Below, one piece after another: positions 41,866 to 55,589 of a stretch of 64,000 nucleotides of DNA (position 1 is its first letter; each line of letters begins with the position of its first letter). Made by a program: the position numbers and the translations under genes. The notes under the pieces were generated by a model, which was given only the letters and a program-made list of their open reading frames with translations, searched no databases and was not told the origin of the DNA. This DNA comes from Octopus bimaculoides (taxonomy: Eukaryota), in assembly GCF_001194135.2 (NCBI RefSeq), contig NC_068998.1:26497860-26561859 (forward strand), read 5' to 3'.

Positions 41866-42126
41866 ACTGTTAAGAAGTTGCCGACAATTACAAGGATGGT
41901 TTACAATGAAATACGCATTTAAACATATATATATATATATAGCTATATAACTGCAGTAAAGACATAGTTTCAACAGCCAAGGTACTTCCGTTTTACTCCA
42001 GTTAACGAAATAATCGACTTCTTATATAACCTAGAAAAATACCTATAATTATTTATGTAATACTATGAATGTTAATCATGCACACACACACACACGCATA
42101 CACACACACACACACACACCCACACA

Positions 42127-42191
<65 letters not shown>

Positions 42192-43000
42192 GGAAGATTA
42201 AATGCACATACATATTCGCTATATCTTTCATTGCATCGATGAAGCTTTACTAACCTTGTTTCACTTTCTCAATATATAGCTATACCTTTTCATTTATTTT
42301 CAATTAACAAAATATGCAGTTTCTTCCAATATAGCTTAATAAATGTAACCTATAAAAAAAATGCCAATGTTTGGTCTCTAAATTCTCTTTTCGTATTTCT
42401 TAAAAGTCATAAACGTTTTAATATTAATGCAAAAGTAATTCTCTCATGAGAAATATACTGCTTTAAGCTGAAAATTAGAAAAGTAAACAAAAATACAATT
42501 ATCAATTTGCATAGAGTCGTAGCTGAAGACTTAATGCAAAATTTATAACAAACAGTTCTACAGTAATTGCTTCCAACAATGAATAGCATAGATTTACTTT
42601 GACTTTTCTTCAATCTTTGCATTTTGTCACCACTTTAAAAGGCTTCTTGACTTCTGTTAGCTCTTATTTAGCCTATTTTAATATATATTTACTATTTGAA
42701 GAAAGCAACACAGAAATTAATTGATAGCTAGTAAATTTGAAAACGAATTGTTCATAATGTTATACTGGAAAGTGCTTTATTATTAATATTTTTTCTCTTA
42801 TTCTATCATTATTGATGGTTGTCTTTTACCATTTGATTATTTCTATACTTCATGGGAAATATATTTATATTCTTAAAAACCTAAGAAATATAAAGCGTCC
42901 ATTTAGCTTTCAGCTTCAATACATTCAGCTGTCTTCGTTCATTCCGTCACCCCTAATTTGTACATGGTCTCCTTTTTGGTTACCTCAAACGTTCACTTAC

Positions 43001-43006
43001 CAGGAA
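43001..43006 (-). other. Candidate 6-nt microexon (TTCCTG)
   Basis: Minus strand reads CCTGACG (branch point)-TCACATTTTGTTTGCATTTCTTTCACTT-AG|TTCCTG|GTAAGT. Confidence 0.35.
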
Positions 43007-43143
43007 CTAAGTGAAAGAAATGCAAACAAAATGTGACGTCAGGAAATGCAATTGGAAACTGCATACTATCGGGTTCGATTCCAATACGTAGTGCCTTGTC
43101 TATTATAAGAGTCTTCGTAGCTTACTTTAGACATGTGTGCGCG

Positions 43144-43188
<45 letters not shown>

Positions 43189-43198
43189 NNNNNNNNNN

Positions 43199-43234
<36 letters not shown>

Positions 43235-44047
43235 ACGCGCGCGTGTGTGTATTTATATACATATATATATGAATGTATATATTGTATATTGGGGCATAAA
43301 AGTCGACGCAATATATAGAATAAACATGTGGTGTAAATTTTCAAATATCGTTACTATCTTTCCAAATTTTTCTGCATCTGACATAGAACTTTTGGTCCGC
43401 TGATGTCTTCTTGTCGACCTACCATGCTGGGCTATAAATTTTTGCTAGCAAACTTCGACTTGTATGTCGGAAAATACGGTATGTATATATATATATATCA
43501 TTGTGTGTGCGTGTATGTATTTATGTATGATTGATGTATGTGTGTACGTACGTATATGCTTGTACATGTGTGCGTGTTCGAGTCTGTGGTTACATATAAA
43601 CCGATTTAAAAACCAGTGTTGTTGCTTTTATTGTATCCCTTTGCCGTGTAACTTAGCAGTCAGACACAGTGCATTCACATTTGCAGCTGGAACACTCTCA
43701 AACTATATATCATAACACTTCCTTTCCTTAGTTATCCCTCAGAATTAGAAAACATCTGTTCATTTGATTCTTTACTGTTTTATAATTTATTGTGTCAGTG
43801 GTTTCTCAGGCTACGAATAGGCATACTCGATAGGGCGTGGTAAAAAATGCATTTATGCATATATTCCAGTTCTTTACCTTCTGAATTCAAATGCTACTAC
43901 TTTTTATCATGTTGGAGGTCAACAAAATAAAAGCAATGGGGTCGATGGCACTGAGTAACTCCCGCAGCTCTGAATTGCTGGCCCCATTCCAATCAAGAGC
44001 CATTATTCTACTTTATTTTTGTTATTGGATTTCTGTCTTGCTGGATT

Positions 44048-44247
44048 CTTTTCTTCTCTAGGCACAAGGCTCGAAATTTTTAGGGCAGGTAGCCAGTCGA
44101 TTAGATCGACTATAGTACACAACTGGTACTTAATTCATCGACCCCGAAGGGATGAAAGGCAAAGTCGACCTCGGCGGAATTTGAACTCAGAACGTAACGG
44201 CAGACGAAATACCGGCGTGCTAACGTTTCTGCCAGCTCGCCGCCCTT
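44048..44247 (-). mobile_element. Young family-A SINE with 14-bp target-site duplication
   Basis: TGTCTTGCTGGATT at 44034-44047 and 44248-44261; near-consensus core. Confidence 0.92.
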
Positions 44248-44424
44248 TGTCTTGCTGGATTACTACCTTCAACGGTTTTAAACAATCATACCTTCAGTGT
44301 TTAAAATTGTTGTTTAATTTCTCGATTTATATATATCTAGTGGTATAGTAGCGCTTTGCATAAAATGAGAATATATTTCTGAGCCAAAAAGTTTATGAGT
44401 TTCAAACCGGAGTTATATTTTAAT

Positions 44425-44575
44425 AACCTTTTCCATTATAAACGCAAGGCCTGAAATGGAAAAAATTAGAGGATGGAGCTAGTCGATTACATCGACTCTT
44501 GTATTTAACTGGTACTTATCATATCGATTCCGAAAGGAACTTGATCTCAGAACGTAAAGACGGGCGAAATGATAA
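44425..44575 (-). mobile_element. Degenerate family-A SINE with internal deletion
   Basis: gcaaggcctgaaat...gtcgattacatcgac...ctcagaacgtaaagacgggcgaaat. Confidence 0.7.
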
Positions 44576-45243
44576 TTGATGAACACAGGAATTAAAAATC
44601 AAAATATATGTATTAAAATTAGTCTATGTATGTATGTGGGGGCGTCAGTGTGTGTGTGTGTGTGTGTGTGTGCGTATTTATGTATTTACATTATTGTCTG
44701 AAAGTATTTTATTAAAATCAACCAAGTAAAATACATACATATATACATACATATGTATGTATATAAATACACACACACATACATATATATGTATATATAT
44801 ATATANNNNNNNNNNNNNNNNNNNNNNNNNNNNNNNNNNNNNNNNNNNNNNNNNNNNNNNNNNNNNNNNNNNNNNNNNNNNNNNNNNNNNNNNNNNNNNN
44901 NNNNNNNNNNNNNNNNNNNNNNNNNNNNNNNNNNNNNNNNNNNNNNNNNNNNNNNNNNNNNNNNNNNNNNNNNNNNNNNNNNNNNNNNNNNNNNNNNNNN
45001 NNNNNNNNNNNNNNNNNNNNNNNNNNNNNNNNNNNNNNNNNNNNNNNNNNNNNNNNNNNNNNNNNNNNNNNNNNNNNNNNNNNNNNNNNNNNNNNNNNNN
45101 NNNNNNNNNNNNNNNNNNNNNNNNNNNNNNNNNNNNNNNNNNNNNNNNNNNNNNNNNNNNNNNNNNNNNNNNNNNNNNNNNNNNNNNNNNNNNNNNNNNN
45201 NNNNNNNNNNNNNNNNNNNNNNNTATATATATATATATATATA

Positions 45244-45993
45244 TTGGAACTCTTGCGAGGTAGTACCTTTTAACGCCTCCGCCGTTTTTGTCGTCACCTC
45301 TTCCACATCTGCAAATCCTGTAGCACCAGTTTTCGTCACCAGTGATGACCTTCAAAAATAAATAGGTCCACATTGACTTCCACCTGTTCTTTCAGTTTAC
45401 GACACGCATTCAGTCGGGACTGCTTTTGATCTTCCATGAGCAAGGGAGGCACAAATTTTGCTGCAACTCTTTACATTCGCAATTCCTCGCTCAAAATTCG
45501 TTGGCAGGAGCTCCAGGACGCGCCAGCCACATCAGCAAGATCGTCAATTGTTCGGTGACGTTTCTCCAAGATCGGTTCATGAAATTTCATGATGTTTTCT
45601 TTCGTTCGTGAGGTCGACGGTCGTCCTGAACGAGGTTAGTGTTCAAGCGACAAGTAACCATTCCTAAAGCGTGAAAACCACTCGTAAACATGTTTTGCTT
45701 TGAAAGCTGTTTGAAGTATGATAATTGTTTCGGCCGCCGTTTTCGCCATCAGAAACAGAATTTCACGGAAGCACGCTGTTCCTTCGTTTCAGCCATCGCA
45801 AAGATCGACGAACAGGGGAGGAGCACTGCAACACAAAGACGCACCACGTGACAGTACGACATCAGTCGACGATACCGGCCGGCTAACTGATGCCTGAGGG
45901 ACGAATCAAGTGGCTTCTAGCAGCGGAAGCCTGAACTACAACGAGCTTGTCCCACACAGAACGTTTCTGATTTCTTTTGGGTACGCTCTCGTA
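45244..45993 (-). mobile_element. Internally deleted mariner transposon (non-autonomous, pseudogenised)
   Basis: TIR-like TACGAGAGCGTACCCAAAAG at the right end; translation MAETKEQRASVKFCF...VYEWFSRF...RSGRPSTS...VAAKFVP.LL..DQK...KVITGDENWCY joined directly to FADVEEV...EALKG; stops and frameshifts; left end lost in TA repeat and gap. Confidence 0.92.
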
Positions 45994-46959
45994 CACACAC
46001 ACACACACACACATACCTATATATATGATGTATGTATGTAATATGTATTCGTGTGTGTGTGCGTACAACGTGTAGACAAACATACAGAGAGGCAGACAGA
46101 CAGACAGACAGATAGATATGTGTGTGAGAGTGTAAAGGGAATGTAGTGACACTGATTAAATACATCAACAATACGGCGTAGTGAAAATACCTCACAGGAC
46201 CGTTTTCTATACAATACACAGACCACATTAAGTATAGTAACACACAATAAACTCTCGTCTCTCAACGAACCGATTGATTAAAGCATTCACCACTTCATTT
46301 TATAATGAAACATGCGTTTTCTTTTATAAATCTTTATCTTTAAAACTCTATTTTAATTCTATTCCCTTTGGTTCTATTATTTCCATTATTCGTTCTTGAG
46401 TTTGATTGTCAGTCATACAAAACTAATTACCAGTGTCAGTTTTATGCCAAAATGTGAATCGGTTAACAGATTGAATTATTCTCAATTTTCTTGCATTGGC
46501 TTCTGTTTGAATTTAAACTTTCCTAAAATATCCGTGAATATGATACCCCATGTAACACATTTGCTGAGTTAGCATATAACCGTTAATGGAATGTGCAGAA
46601 ATCGTCAAATACGTTAATCTTCTGACTCTTCTGACAGGGATTTTCAGTTACCCTTGACGATAATTTAAGATACTGAATCCATTTTTTCCTGGTATTACTA
46701 ACATATATTTTAAATTAATCTAATGTTGAACCAAACAAATATGTACTAATTTCATTTCAAGATATTGCTAGGAATACGGAAGCGATATCTGACAGCGTTT
46801 TCAGGTATAGGCAGCAGGATGTATCTTATTTGTGTGGTAAAAATGAAACGAAATAAAATCTTTTCTTATTTCTGCTTCACTTGTTGGAACTACATAAATA
46901 CTTCATGTTTATTATTCTGTTGGTTCATAAGTTTGAAAGTTTGACAAAACTCATTGACG

Positions 46960-47010
<51 letters not shown>

Positions 47011-47338
47011 NNNNNNNNNNNNNNNNNNNNATATACAGGGATTAGCAATTGAGTTGCTTCTCCAACATACTGAAAATTTAGAAATAGCAGTCAAAGAACT
47101 ACTGATTCCAAACTACAAATTTTTCTCTAAAATGGATGGCGATATTTATGGCACACATAGAACAAAAAAACCGGAGGGAAAAGCGTAAACAAACCAAGCC
47201 TTTAGTTAATTGGATACGAATCGTTTCATGGTTAAGTGAATGGAAATTTCACTATTCCAATCTTCAGCCTCAATATTCTGATAAATTTGAAAGTGTCTCT
47301 AAAAAAATTCACGGTAACTTTTGGCCATGCGACACCAA

Positions 47339-47378
<40 letters not shown>

Positions 47379-48517
47379 TGTTTCTAGAATCACTTTTTTT
47401 TTATTCTTGACTGTTTGTTTGTAGCTGAAAAGGCCACTAATAATATCTCTGGTACTGAAATTGAAATCTGTTAACATTTGTGCAAGGGTATGTGAACATT
47501 GTGACACATAGCATTGACTAAATGACATTTTTTTAAACGAGGGCGGTTCTGGTGTAGTTTAATGCTGTTCCTTCTATCTTACTTTTCTTTTATAAATCCT
47601 TTTACGTTTGACTTTTCAATATATACAGAATGAAGGATTTTCTACTAATTATATACTTTAAGAATGTTGAACTCGAGGAGTTTTAGAGAATACTGCAATA
47701 TTGTATTTCGAAATAATTCTTTTTTGTTTTTTAACACATTATGAATATTAGCTTTCAGTTTTTAGAAAACTGGTAAAAATCATGAAAACTATCCCGAGTA
47801 GCAAAATGTATTACTTCGTAAAATCATATGTCAGCATCTACATTTCTACGATAGAAAATTACTAAAATTTTCGGGACAGTGTCAGCCTCAATCTATTATC
47901 TGACATTCAAAATGATCCGAGAGGATCTCTGAGATCATTTAGTCTGCTAGGCAAGCTAGCCAAATTCCCTCAAATAACATATCAGCGATTTACTAACTCT
48001 GTTATCGCTTCTTACCACCAATTTATCATCTTGATGTTATAGAGGAAGTAGTATAGTTGAATAATGTAAAAGCTGTCTGGAATTGGAAAATAAGAATTCA
48101 ACTGCCAGCGAACTTGCCGAAAAAATCTGTTTTTGACTTTGCAATGCTTAAACTAGTCTATAAATTCCTCAATTCTGCCATATGACTACTGCAGTGGATT
48201 CTTCGTCGATTTTGGTGACGAGCACTCAGTTTTTTTTTTTTAACAAACTAAAACAAACGCGTAGGCGGCTGAATATTGCGCAATTACGTTGTACACTTAC
48301 GCAATTCTCAGGTAGATTAAGCGTACTGAGCAAGTACTTTATTTATCGTCCTTGAAAGGATGAAAGACAAATTGACGTCGGTGGAATTGGAGCTCAGTAA
48401 GGTGGAACGAATAGCAAATTTATTTATTACTCTAACAATAAGTTTTCCCATTTGAAGCCATATGTGACTAGTTCATGTCTCCTGACTAGACCATCGTCAG
48501 ATTCAGAACAATTCAAA

Positions 48518-48885
48518 TATTTGACTGCGGCCATGCTGGAGCACCGCCTTTAGTCGAGCAAATCTACGCCAGGACTTATTCTTTGTAAGCCTAGTACTTA
48601 TTCTATCGGTCTCTTTTGCCGAACCGCTATGTTACGGAGAGTAAACACACCAGCATCGGTTGTCAAGCGATGCTGGGGGGACAAACACAAACACATAAAC
48701 ATATGCACACACATTCATATATATACATATATCCGACGGGTTTCTTTCAGTTTCCGTTTACCAAATTCACTCACTAGGCTTTTGTCGGCCCGAAGCTATA
48801 GTAGAAGAAAATTACTCAAGGTGCCACGCAGTGGGACTGAACCCGGGATCATGTGGTTGATAAGCAAGCTACTTACTATATAGCC
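48518..48885 (-). mobile_element. Near full-length family-B SINE
   Basis: Reverse complement of the 23721 copy, including the tRNA-like head (gggactgaacccgggatcatgtggttgataagcaagctacttac). Confidence 0.92.
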
Positions 48886-50019
48886 NNNNNNNNNNNNNNN
48901 NNNNNNNNNNNNNNNNNNNNNNNNNNNNNNNNNNNNNNNNNNNNNNNNNNNNNNNNNNNNNNNNNNNNNNNNNNNNNNNNNNNNNNNNNNNNNNNNNNNN
49001 NNNNNNNNNNNNNNNNNNNNNNNNNNNNNNNNNNNNNNNNNNNNNNNNNNNNNNNNNNNNNNNNNNNNNNNNNNNNNNNNNNNNNNNNNNNNNNNNNNNN
49101 NNNNNNNNNNNNNNNNNNNNNNNNNNNNNNNNNNNNNNNNNNNNNNNNNNNNNNNNNNNNNNNNNNNNNNNNNNNNNNNNNNNNNNNNNNNNNNNNNNNN
49201 NNNNNNNNNNNNNNNNNNNNNNNNNNNNNNNNNNNNNNNNNNNNNNNNNNNNNNNNNNNNNNNNNNNNNNNNNNNNNNNNNNNNNNNNNNNNNNNNNNNN
49301 NNNNNNNNNNNNNNNNNNNNNNNNNNNNNNNNNNNNNNNNNNNNNNNNNNNNNNNNNNNNNNNNNNNNNNNNNNNNNNNNNNNNNNNNNNNNNNNNNNNN
49401 NNNNNNNNNNNNNNNNNNNNNNNNNNNNNNNNNNNNNNNNNNNATATATATATATATATAAGCGCAAATGTTATTTGTGTATAAATGTATGTTTACACAT
49501 ATGTGTGTATATAATTTAAAACCCCCTAACGAAGCACTAAAACGAGCTGCTTCGGAACCTATTAGTAAATGATGACAAATTTTGGCTGCAGAAAATACTT
49601 TAGTTTCTTTGTTGCTAAATAAAGTTTGCCTGGCAATAAACGGAGACCCTCAGATATGAATAAGTTCTATTGAAAGTAACTTTAAACATCTCTTGTCCTA
49701 AAAAAATTGCCGGTAAATATCCTTCGACTCATAGCCTTAAAAGGGAAGGTCACGTTCGGCAATGTACTCCTGGATACACAAAACGACAGAGTTGAGCAAC
49801 AACAATAACAGCAGCCATGCAGAGTTTCAAACGCACGGTCAGCATACACACAGCAACATACTGGAACCTCTACGGACATCATTGAGGAGGAAATAGGCCT
49901 CGTAACTTATTGTTAGAGGACGCTGAGGGATCCGGATGCGGAGGCTGAGTCAACAACAACCTCTGTTACTGAGGGTGGGTTGTGGTAGTGGATGATATGG
50001 TGATGAAGAGAACGAGAAC

Positions 50020-50051
50020 TATTATTATTACCATTATTATTATTATTATTA

Positions 50052-50084
<33 letters not shown>

Positions 50085-50123
50085 CATCATCATCATCGTT
50101 ATTATTATTATTATTATTATTAT

Positions 50124-50177
<54 letters not shown>
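50020..50177. repeat. Compound trinucleotide microsatellite (ATT/ATC/AGT)
   Basis: Directly visible. Confidence 0.95.
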
Positions 50178-50178
<1 letters not shown>

Positions 50179-52024
50179 TCATTATCCAACTGAAAAATGT
50201 ATATTTATTGAAAGCTATTTAAAACTTTTCCCACTTTACTACTAAATCTTCCTAGGAATTCGTTCGATGGAATATTTCAGTTACCAACTTAGAAACTTCA
50301 GTCTTCAAGTATGTCGCGAAAGTCAGTCATAAGACTTAATAAACACGTGATTTAGTGTAAGGCCTTGCAATACTAGTCTTTAGTCCAATGTTATGTAATA
50401 GGTATTTTTTGATAGTCTTACTTAAAACCTATTGTTAAATTACCTTTTAACCAGAAAAATATGTAATTCAAATATTATTATTCCAGGATTTTTCTTTATT
50501 CGTAGTCGTTTCTTAACTCTAGATAGGCCAAGATCTTGATATTAGATATTGTACGTCAAGAATTATATTCTTCTGTGCATTCTTCCTGTTGTTAAAGATT
50601 GTTGGTTATAGTTTGAGGGAGATTTGGCTGATAACAGAGTGTAACAATATGTTTTTTGCTTTTTTTTGTCTTCGGTCAGTAAGTGTTAGAAATCAAAGGA
50701 AATGACTACTATTCCCTTCAAACATTACTTTTGGGACCTGGACATCAATGTTTTGAAACTGACCTGTTTTCCATTACATATCAGGCAGATTCAGCGCTAA
50801 GTTGCTGAAGCAAAAATATCGTTATAGCAAATGTTCGGCTCAATAGCACAGATTTGCTTGTTAGTTGTTTGAGCTTAACCATCTCAGCATGTCCTTAGGT
50901 GGCTGACAAGATGTGCGTCTCCGATCATGAGTAGGAGTAATGGGGGAGCATCATAGCCATGTGTTGAGAGTGATTCTTTGGAGTTTGAATAAATGTAACA
51001 AAAGCAAAGTTTGAAGGAAATTTTAGTCATTTTTCATACTTTTAGGGGTAAAGAGATAGGAAATAACAGATGCGACCCCAATACAAAGATCATATTACAC
51101 AGTGTAATTCTGGGGAATCAATCAGAGATGATCTGTCTTTGCCTTATTATCCTCCACAAAAGATGAGGGACAGGTAATCAAAAGCAAATATGCGAACTTA
51201 TCAAAGCCAGGTTAGCGAGGAGTGTCGATGAGTATGTTTACCCAACGAACCAATCTCTGGTTCACTGTAGTTACGTTTATGAGAATGTCTATTTGTACAT
51301 GACATGGCGTGTACAAGGAGTATTTTTGCTGGAAACCACCGAGTTATAACTTTTCTCATTGGTACAGTTTTCACCAATATATGATGACGAAATATATATA
51401 TACGCATTTACATACATGTATACATGTATTCATGTATACATGCATGCATACGCGCGCACATACATAAACACATGCATCATAAGTACAAAATGCATGCTGA
51501 AGTTAAATACAGGAAATGGTCCTATTGTCACTAACAAATGCTGGGGTATATTCCAAGACTATAGAGAAATCTTTCTGTGATGCTGTTTATACTTTCAATA
51601 AACTCCTTGTCGTCTTGGCTGATGAAATCTGAGGATTATGTGATTAATGCACAGAAAGTTGGAAACTCCAACGTAACAGATTACTTTTTGTGAATGATTT
51701 GAAAGAATGGTATGAAGAAAAGCCTTGACCTAGTTTCGACATTCTCCAAGGATACAGTAATGTAGTTTGGCCAAAATATATATTCTTTCGTGGTTGTAAA
51801 ATGAAGAAGAAATACAAACCTGCTTAGAAGTATTTCTACCAATGGCCTTATTATTTCACCGGTATCTGGTGAGGTGTTCTACGAGTCTCAGGAAATGAGT
51901 GAAAATATATTCTGCAACTCTTAATAAGGAAAACCGAACTAGGAAATAATACACAAGGATAAAATATAAATACTCTTCAGAACTATTCGTATTCAAGAAA
52001 TTAGTTGCCCACAATGTGTACTAT

Positions 52025-52217
52025 TATAGCAATTTCGAGGAAGAGGTAAGGCGATTACATGGATTCCAGTACTCAACTGATACTTACTTTATTGACCCCG
52101 AAAGGGTGAAAAACAAAGTTGACTGCGATGGAATTTGAACACAGAAAGTTAAGACGGACGAAATGTCGCTAAGCATTGTGCCCGGCGTGCTACCGGTTCT
52201 ATGACTTGCCGGCTTAT
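52025..52217 (-). mobile_element. Family-A SINE
   Basis: attgaccccgaaagggtgaaaaacaaagttgac...ggaatttgaacacagaaag...cccggcgtgcta. Confidence 0.8.
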
Positions 52218-52362
52218 ACAAATATTAAGTCTCTATTAGAAGTTGGATGAATTCTGAGCTATTGACGTAAAAACACAGAAAATTTTAATCAAAACCAAAA
52301 ATGTCCACACTAACACTGAAATAAGCCACGTCTACATACAATGAAAACAATACTGCAGAAGT

Positions 52363-52517
52363 TTAACATCGATTCAAACAACCTTTGAATGTCGCTTCAT
52401 ATCGGTCGACAGTATACCAGTCACCAAATGTTGAAGTATATCCATTGATCACCTCGTTATGCAGATAACCTCGTAATAGGAGTTCTTGGCAAGGAGTTCC
52501 TTGGAATGTATACACAC
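52363..52517 (-). CDS. Candidate terminal exon (phase 1): GVYTFQGTPCQELLLRGYLHNEVINGYTSTFGDWYTVDRYEATFKGCLNRC*
   Basis: Acceptor gaaatttctctag, 50 open codons to TAA with protein-like composition; the other two frames close early. Unidentified. Confidence 0.3.
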
Positions 52518-54723
52518 CTAGAGAAATTTCAATGAATCACTAGTTGGAAAGGTGTTGTGTTCATGATCAAAATGTACGGCTATGTTATTAGAAAGATTCA
52601 GAGACAGCAACACAGCCAAAGTAGCTTGTCTTGGAGTAACAACTAAGATATAAACTGTCACAGTGAAGGGCATGCTTTTGTAACATAGATACAAGAAATA
52701 ACAACAAAATGCGTTATACTAAAAAAGGTACAGGGTTCCAGGTAAAACACCAGAAGCATCAACCGGTAGATTGTGCAGTTAAACACCAAGAACTGCAAGT
52801 CTTTTCAGTCTTATCTGCTTGCGATGGTGGTTATTGTGGTGGTTGTGATGGTGGGTTGGTGACGGTAGTGTGATGATAACGATGGGCCTCCGCGCATTTT
52901 CGTCTCATATTCCACTAGGAGTATTTTTGCTGGAAACCACCGAGTTATAACTTTATACATACATACATACATACATACATACATACATACATAAATAAAT
53001 AAATACATACATACATACATACATACATACATACATAAATAAATACATACATACATACATACATACAATACATATGGAAAGAAAACAGTTGCGCACTTGC
53101 ATTTCAAAACATAAATTCTTCTTTCCTCCATAGCAATTTTTCGAATGATGTCATCGAAATATACTTGGTAATTTAATAATTCTTAACATCTCTTTCAAGC
53201 CATAAAAGGAGCTTTGTCATTTTTGTTTTAACAATACGCTAACGTTTAGATGTAATATTATTGAAATGGCGTATACAAAGATTAGTATTACTTGATGATT
53301 TGTTTACAAAACTGTAAAACTGAAGTACAGTCAAGTTAAATATACATTATTAACTCGGATCAATGTTTCGATAATTTGTATTCAATTTAATATCATGAAG
53401 ATGAATGAGAAGATAATTTTGTCTTCAGCTAATCACTTTTTAACTACTTACTGTACCCAATTTGCTATAAAATTTTATTATACATCCAGTGTGTCGCTTT
53501 TTTGGTCACTTAGTCTACAGTAATCAATCATTATTTAATTCTACTATATCATGTGTCTGACCAACTACAATTACTGTAATTAAGTTATATATCTTTCAGA
53601 TTATCCTTATTTCTAACTGCCTTTCAATTAAATAGTAACAAAATCATGCTCTTTCATGTTGTTATAAGTTAAACATGACGACATCGGCACATCTATAAAT
53701 ATATGAGTATATGAACTATGAATCATAACTGTGTAGAAGAGTGTAAATGGCTGCGTGGATAGGATTTAAAATCCTATCCACGCAACAAGTCAAAGCGTTC
53801 GTATCGTATCACTAAATCTGCGTTGCATATGAGAAAAGAACATTTAACCGCACTGAAAACGGAAAGAACCTAGTTACACCAAGTCGTTCATTTCCCTACA
53901 GGGATTAAGCCAGCGAGTGTGCCTCTTCATGTTTGCTCAACCTGCTATTTATAACGGCCAAATTTCTATCAAACCTACACTGCAATAAAAAACAGAACAT
54001 TTGCCTAGCCAGATAAACAGGATGCTACACAGGATTACCATGGTTGAAACGATGAGTCAACTTCAAGTTACACAATAACAGCAACGACTTCTTAGAGCTT
54101 GTCAGTCTGTTTCCTCCACAACTAAAACAGATTACTACTCCCATCTAATGGTTTAATGATTCGCTTTAAATCTTCGATCCATAGCCAGTGATAATTATCT
54201 CTTGTTTCGTTTTTTACAAGGTTTTAACTCACTTATCTGTAGCAAATACCATTAATCGGTGGTAGAATTTACACCCCATTTTGAATATATAAACATTACA
54301 TAACCCTTCAATTGTTTCAAACCTAGAGACTTCGTTTCCATGTACTGTGTAATGAGATATGGTTAACCTACACAGAATTCATCTTCTTTAGCCTTGACAA
54401 ACTCTGTAAATCAAAGAAGATCGGTTTCGCTAAATATCGAAACTGTTTCGCAGAGAAGACATGATGGAAGCTTACCGTTATTCTGCAGCATTTGCACAGA
54501 CTGTTAAATTCACATTAAAGCGGCTGTTATTATTATTTACATAAGAAACACTAGAAATAACAGAAACAGTACAGATAAATGATTAAATGAATCTGAAGAA
54601 TTCCAGTAATTTTTTAGCTTCATTGATTGCTTTAAATTTGTCAGAGATGTTTGTGTGAATGGTTCTCACTAAAGGGGTATGCAGTTCTCTCTCTCTCTCT
54701 TCTCTGTGATGTGGGTGTATATC

Positions 54724-54766
<43 letters not shown>

Positions 54767-55159
54767 GGAGGAAATGTCAGTTGAAAGATAAAAGGCTTTT
54801 AATTTATGCTGCAATGTTTTGACTCATTAGTTGCAATTATTTAGTAATGAAATGAACTTCAGTAAGATAGTAATTTATTTTCATCATCATGATTGTATCA
54901 AATAACCTATAAATACAGTGTTACTTCTTGTTATTGACTGTTACGGTACTATTGAATGTCTCTAATAAGTAACTAAATACTACTATGATCTTTGTAATTA
55001 CTGTGATGAGAAAAAAAGTTTAGGTGAGGAATCGACTTCTCAGCAAATGCAGAGAATTGTTTTAATTACTGATCAGATTACTATTCTTGCAGCAGTTTTT
55101 GTTTTTAAAGTGGCATGATGAAAGGTCAGAGATTTTATCTTTAACTCAACTAGCGAGCA

Positions 55160-55550
55160 CTTTCATCATAATTGTCACAAATGTCTCATTTAATTGCTGC
55201 CCACTTAATATCTTAGCTATCGTATCTCACTGGTCGCTCACTACATCATGATTACTGCTTATTTCTTGTCTTAATTCTCACCAACTTTCATCATGATTGC
55301 TACTTCTTTTCAATTATCTGTCACACATTTTATCGTAACTGTCACACACTTCACCATAACTGTCACACATTTAGTCATAACTGCCACTCTCTTCATCATA
55401 ACTGTTACACGCTTCATCCTAACAGTCAAACACTTCTATCATAATTGTTTCTCACGTCTATCTTAACTGCTATTTCAATCTTCCAGTACGTCATAACTGT
55501 ATCTTCTACCTTAACAGTCATCCACTCCAGCATAACTCTTCTGCTTTAAT
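55160..55550. repeat. Degenerate minisatellite with a unit of about 21 bp (ttcatcataactgtcacacac)
   Basis: More than a dozen diverged units visible. Confidence 0.75.
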
Positions 55551-55589
55551 TTCAACTTAAACCGCATTTCTCTCTCAATTTCCTCCCAC

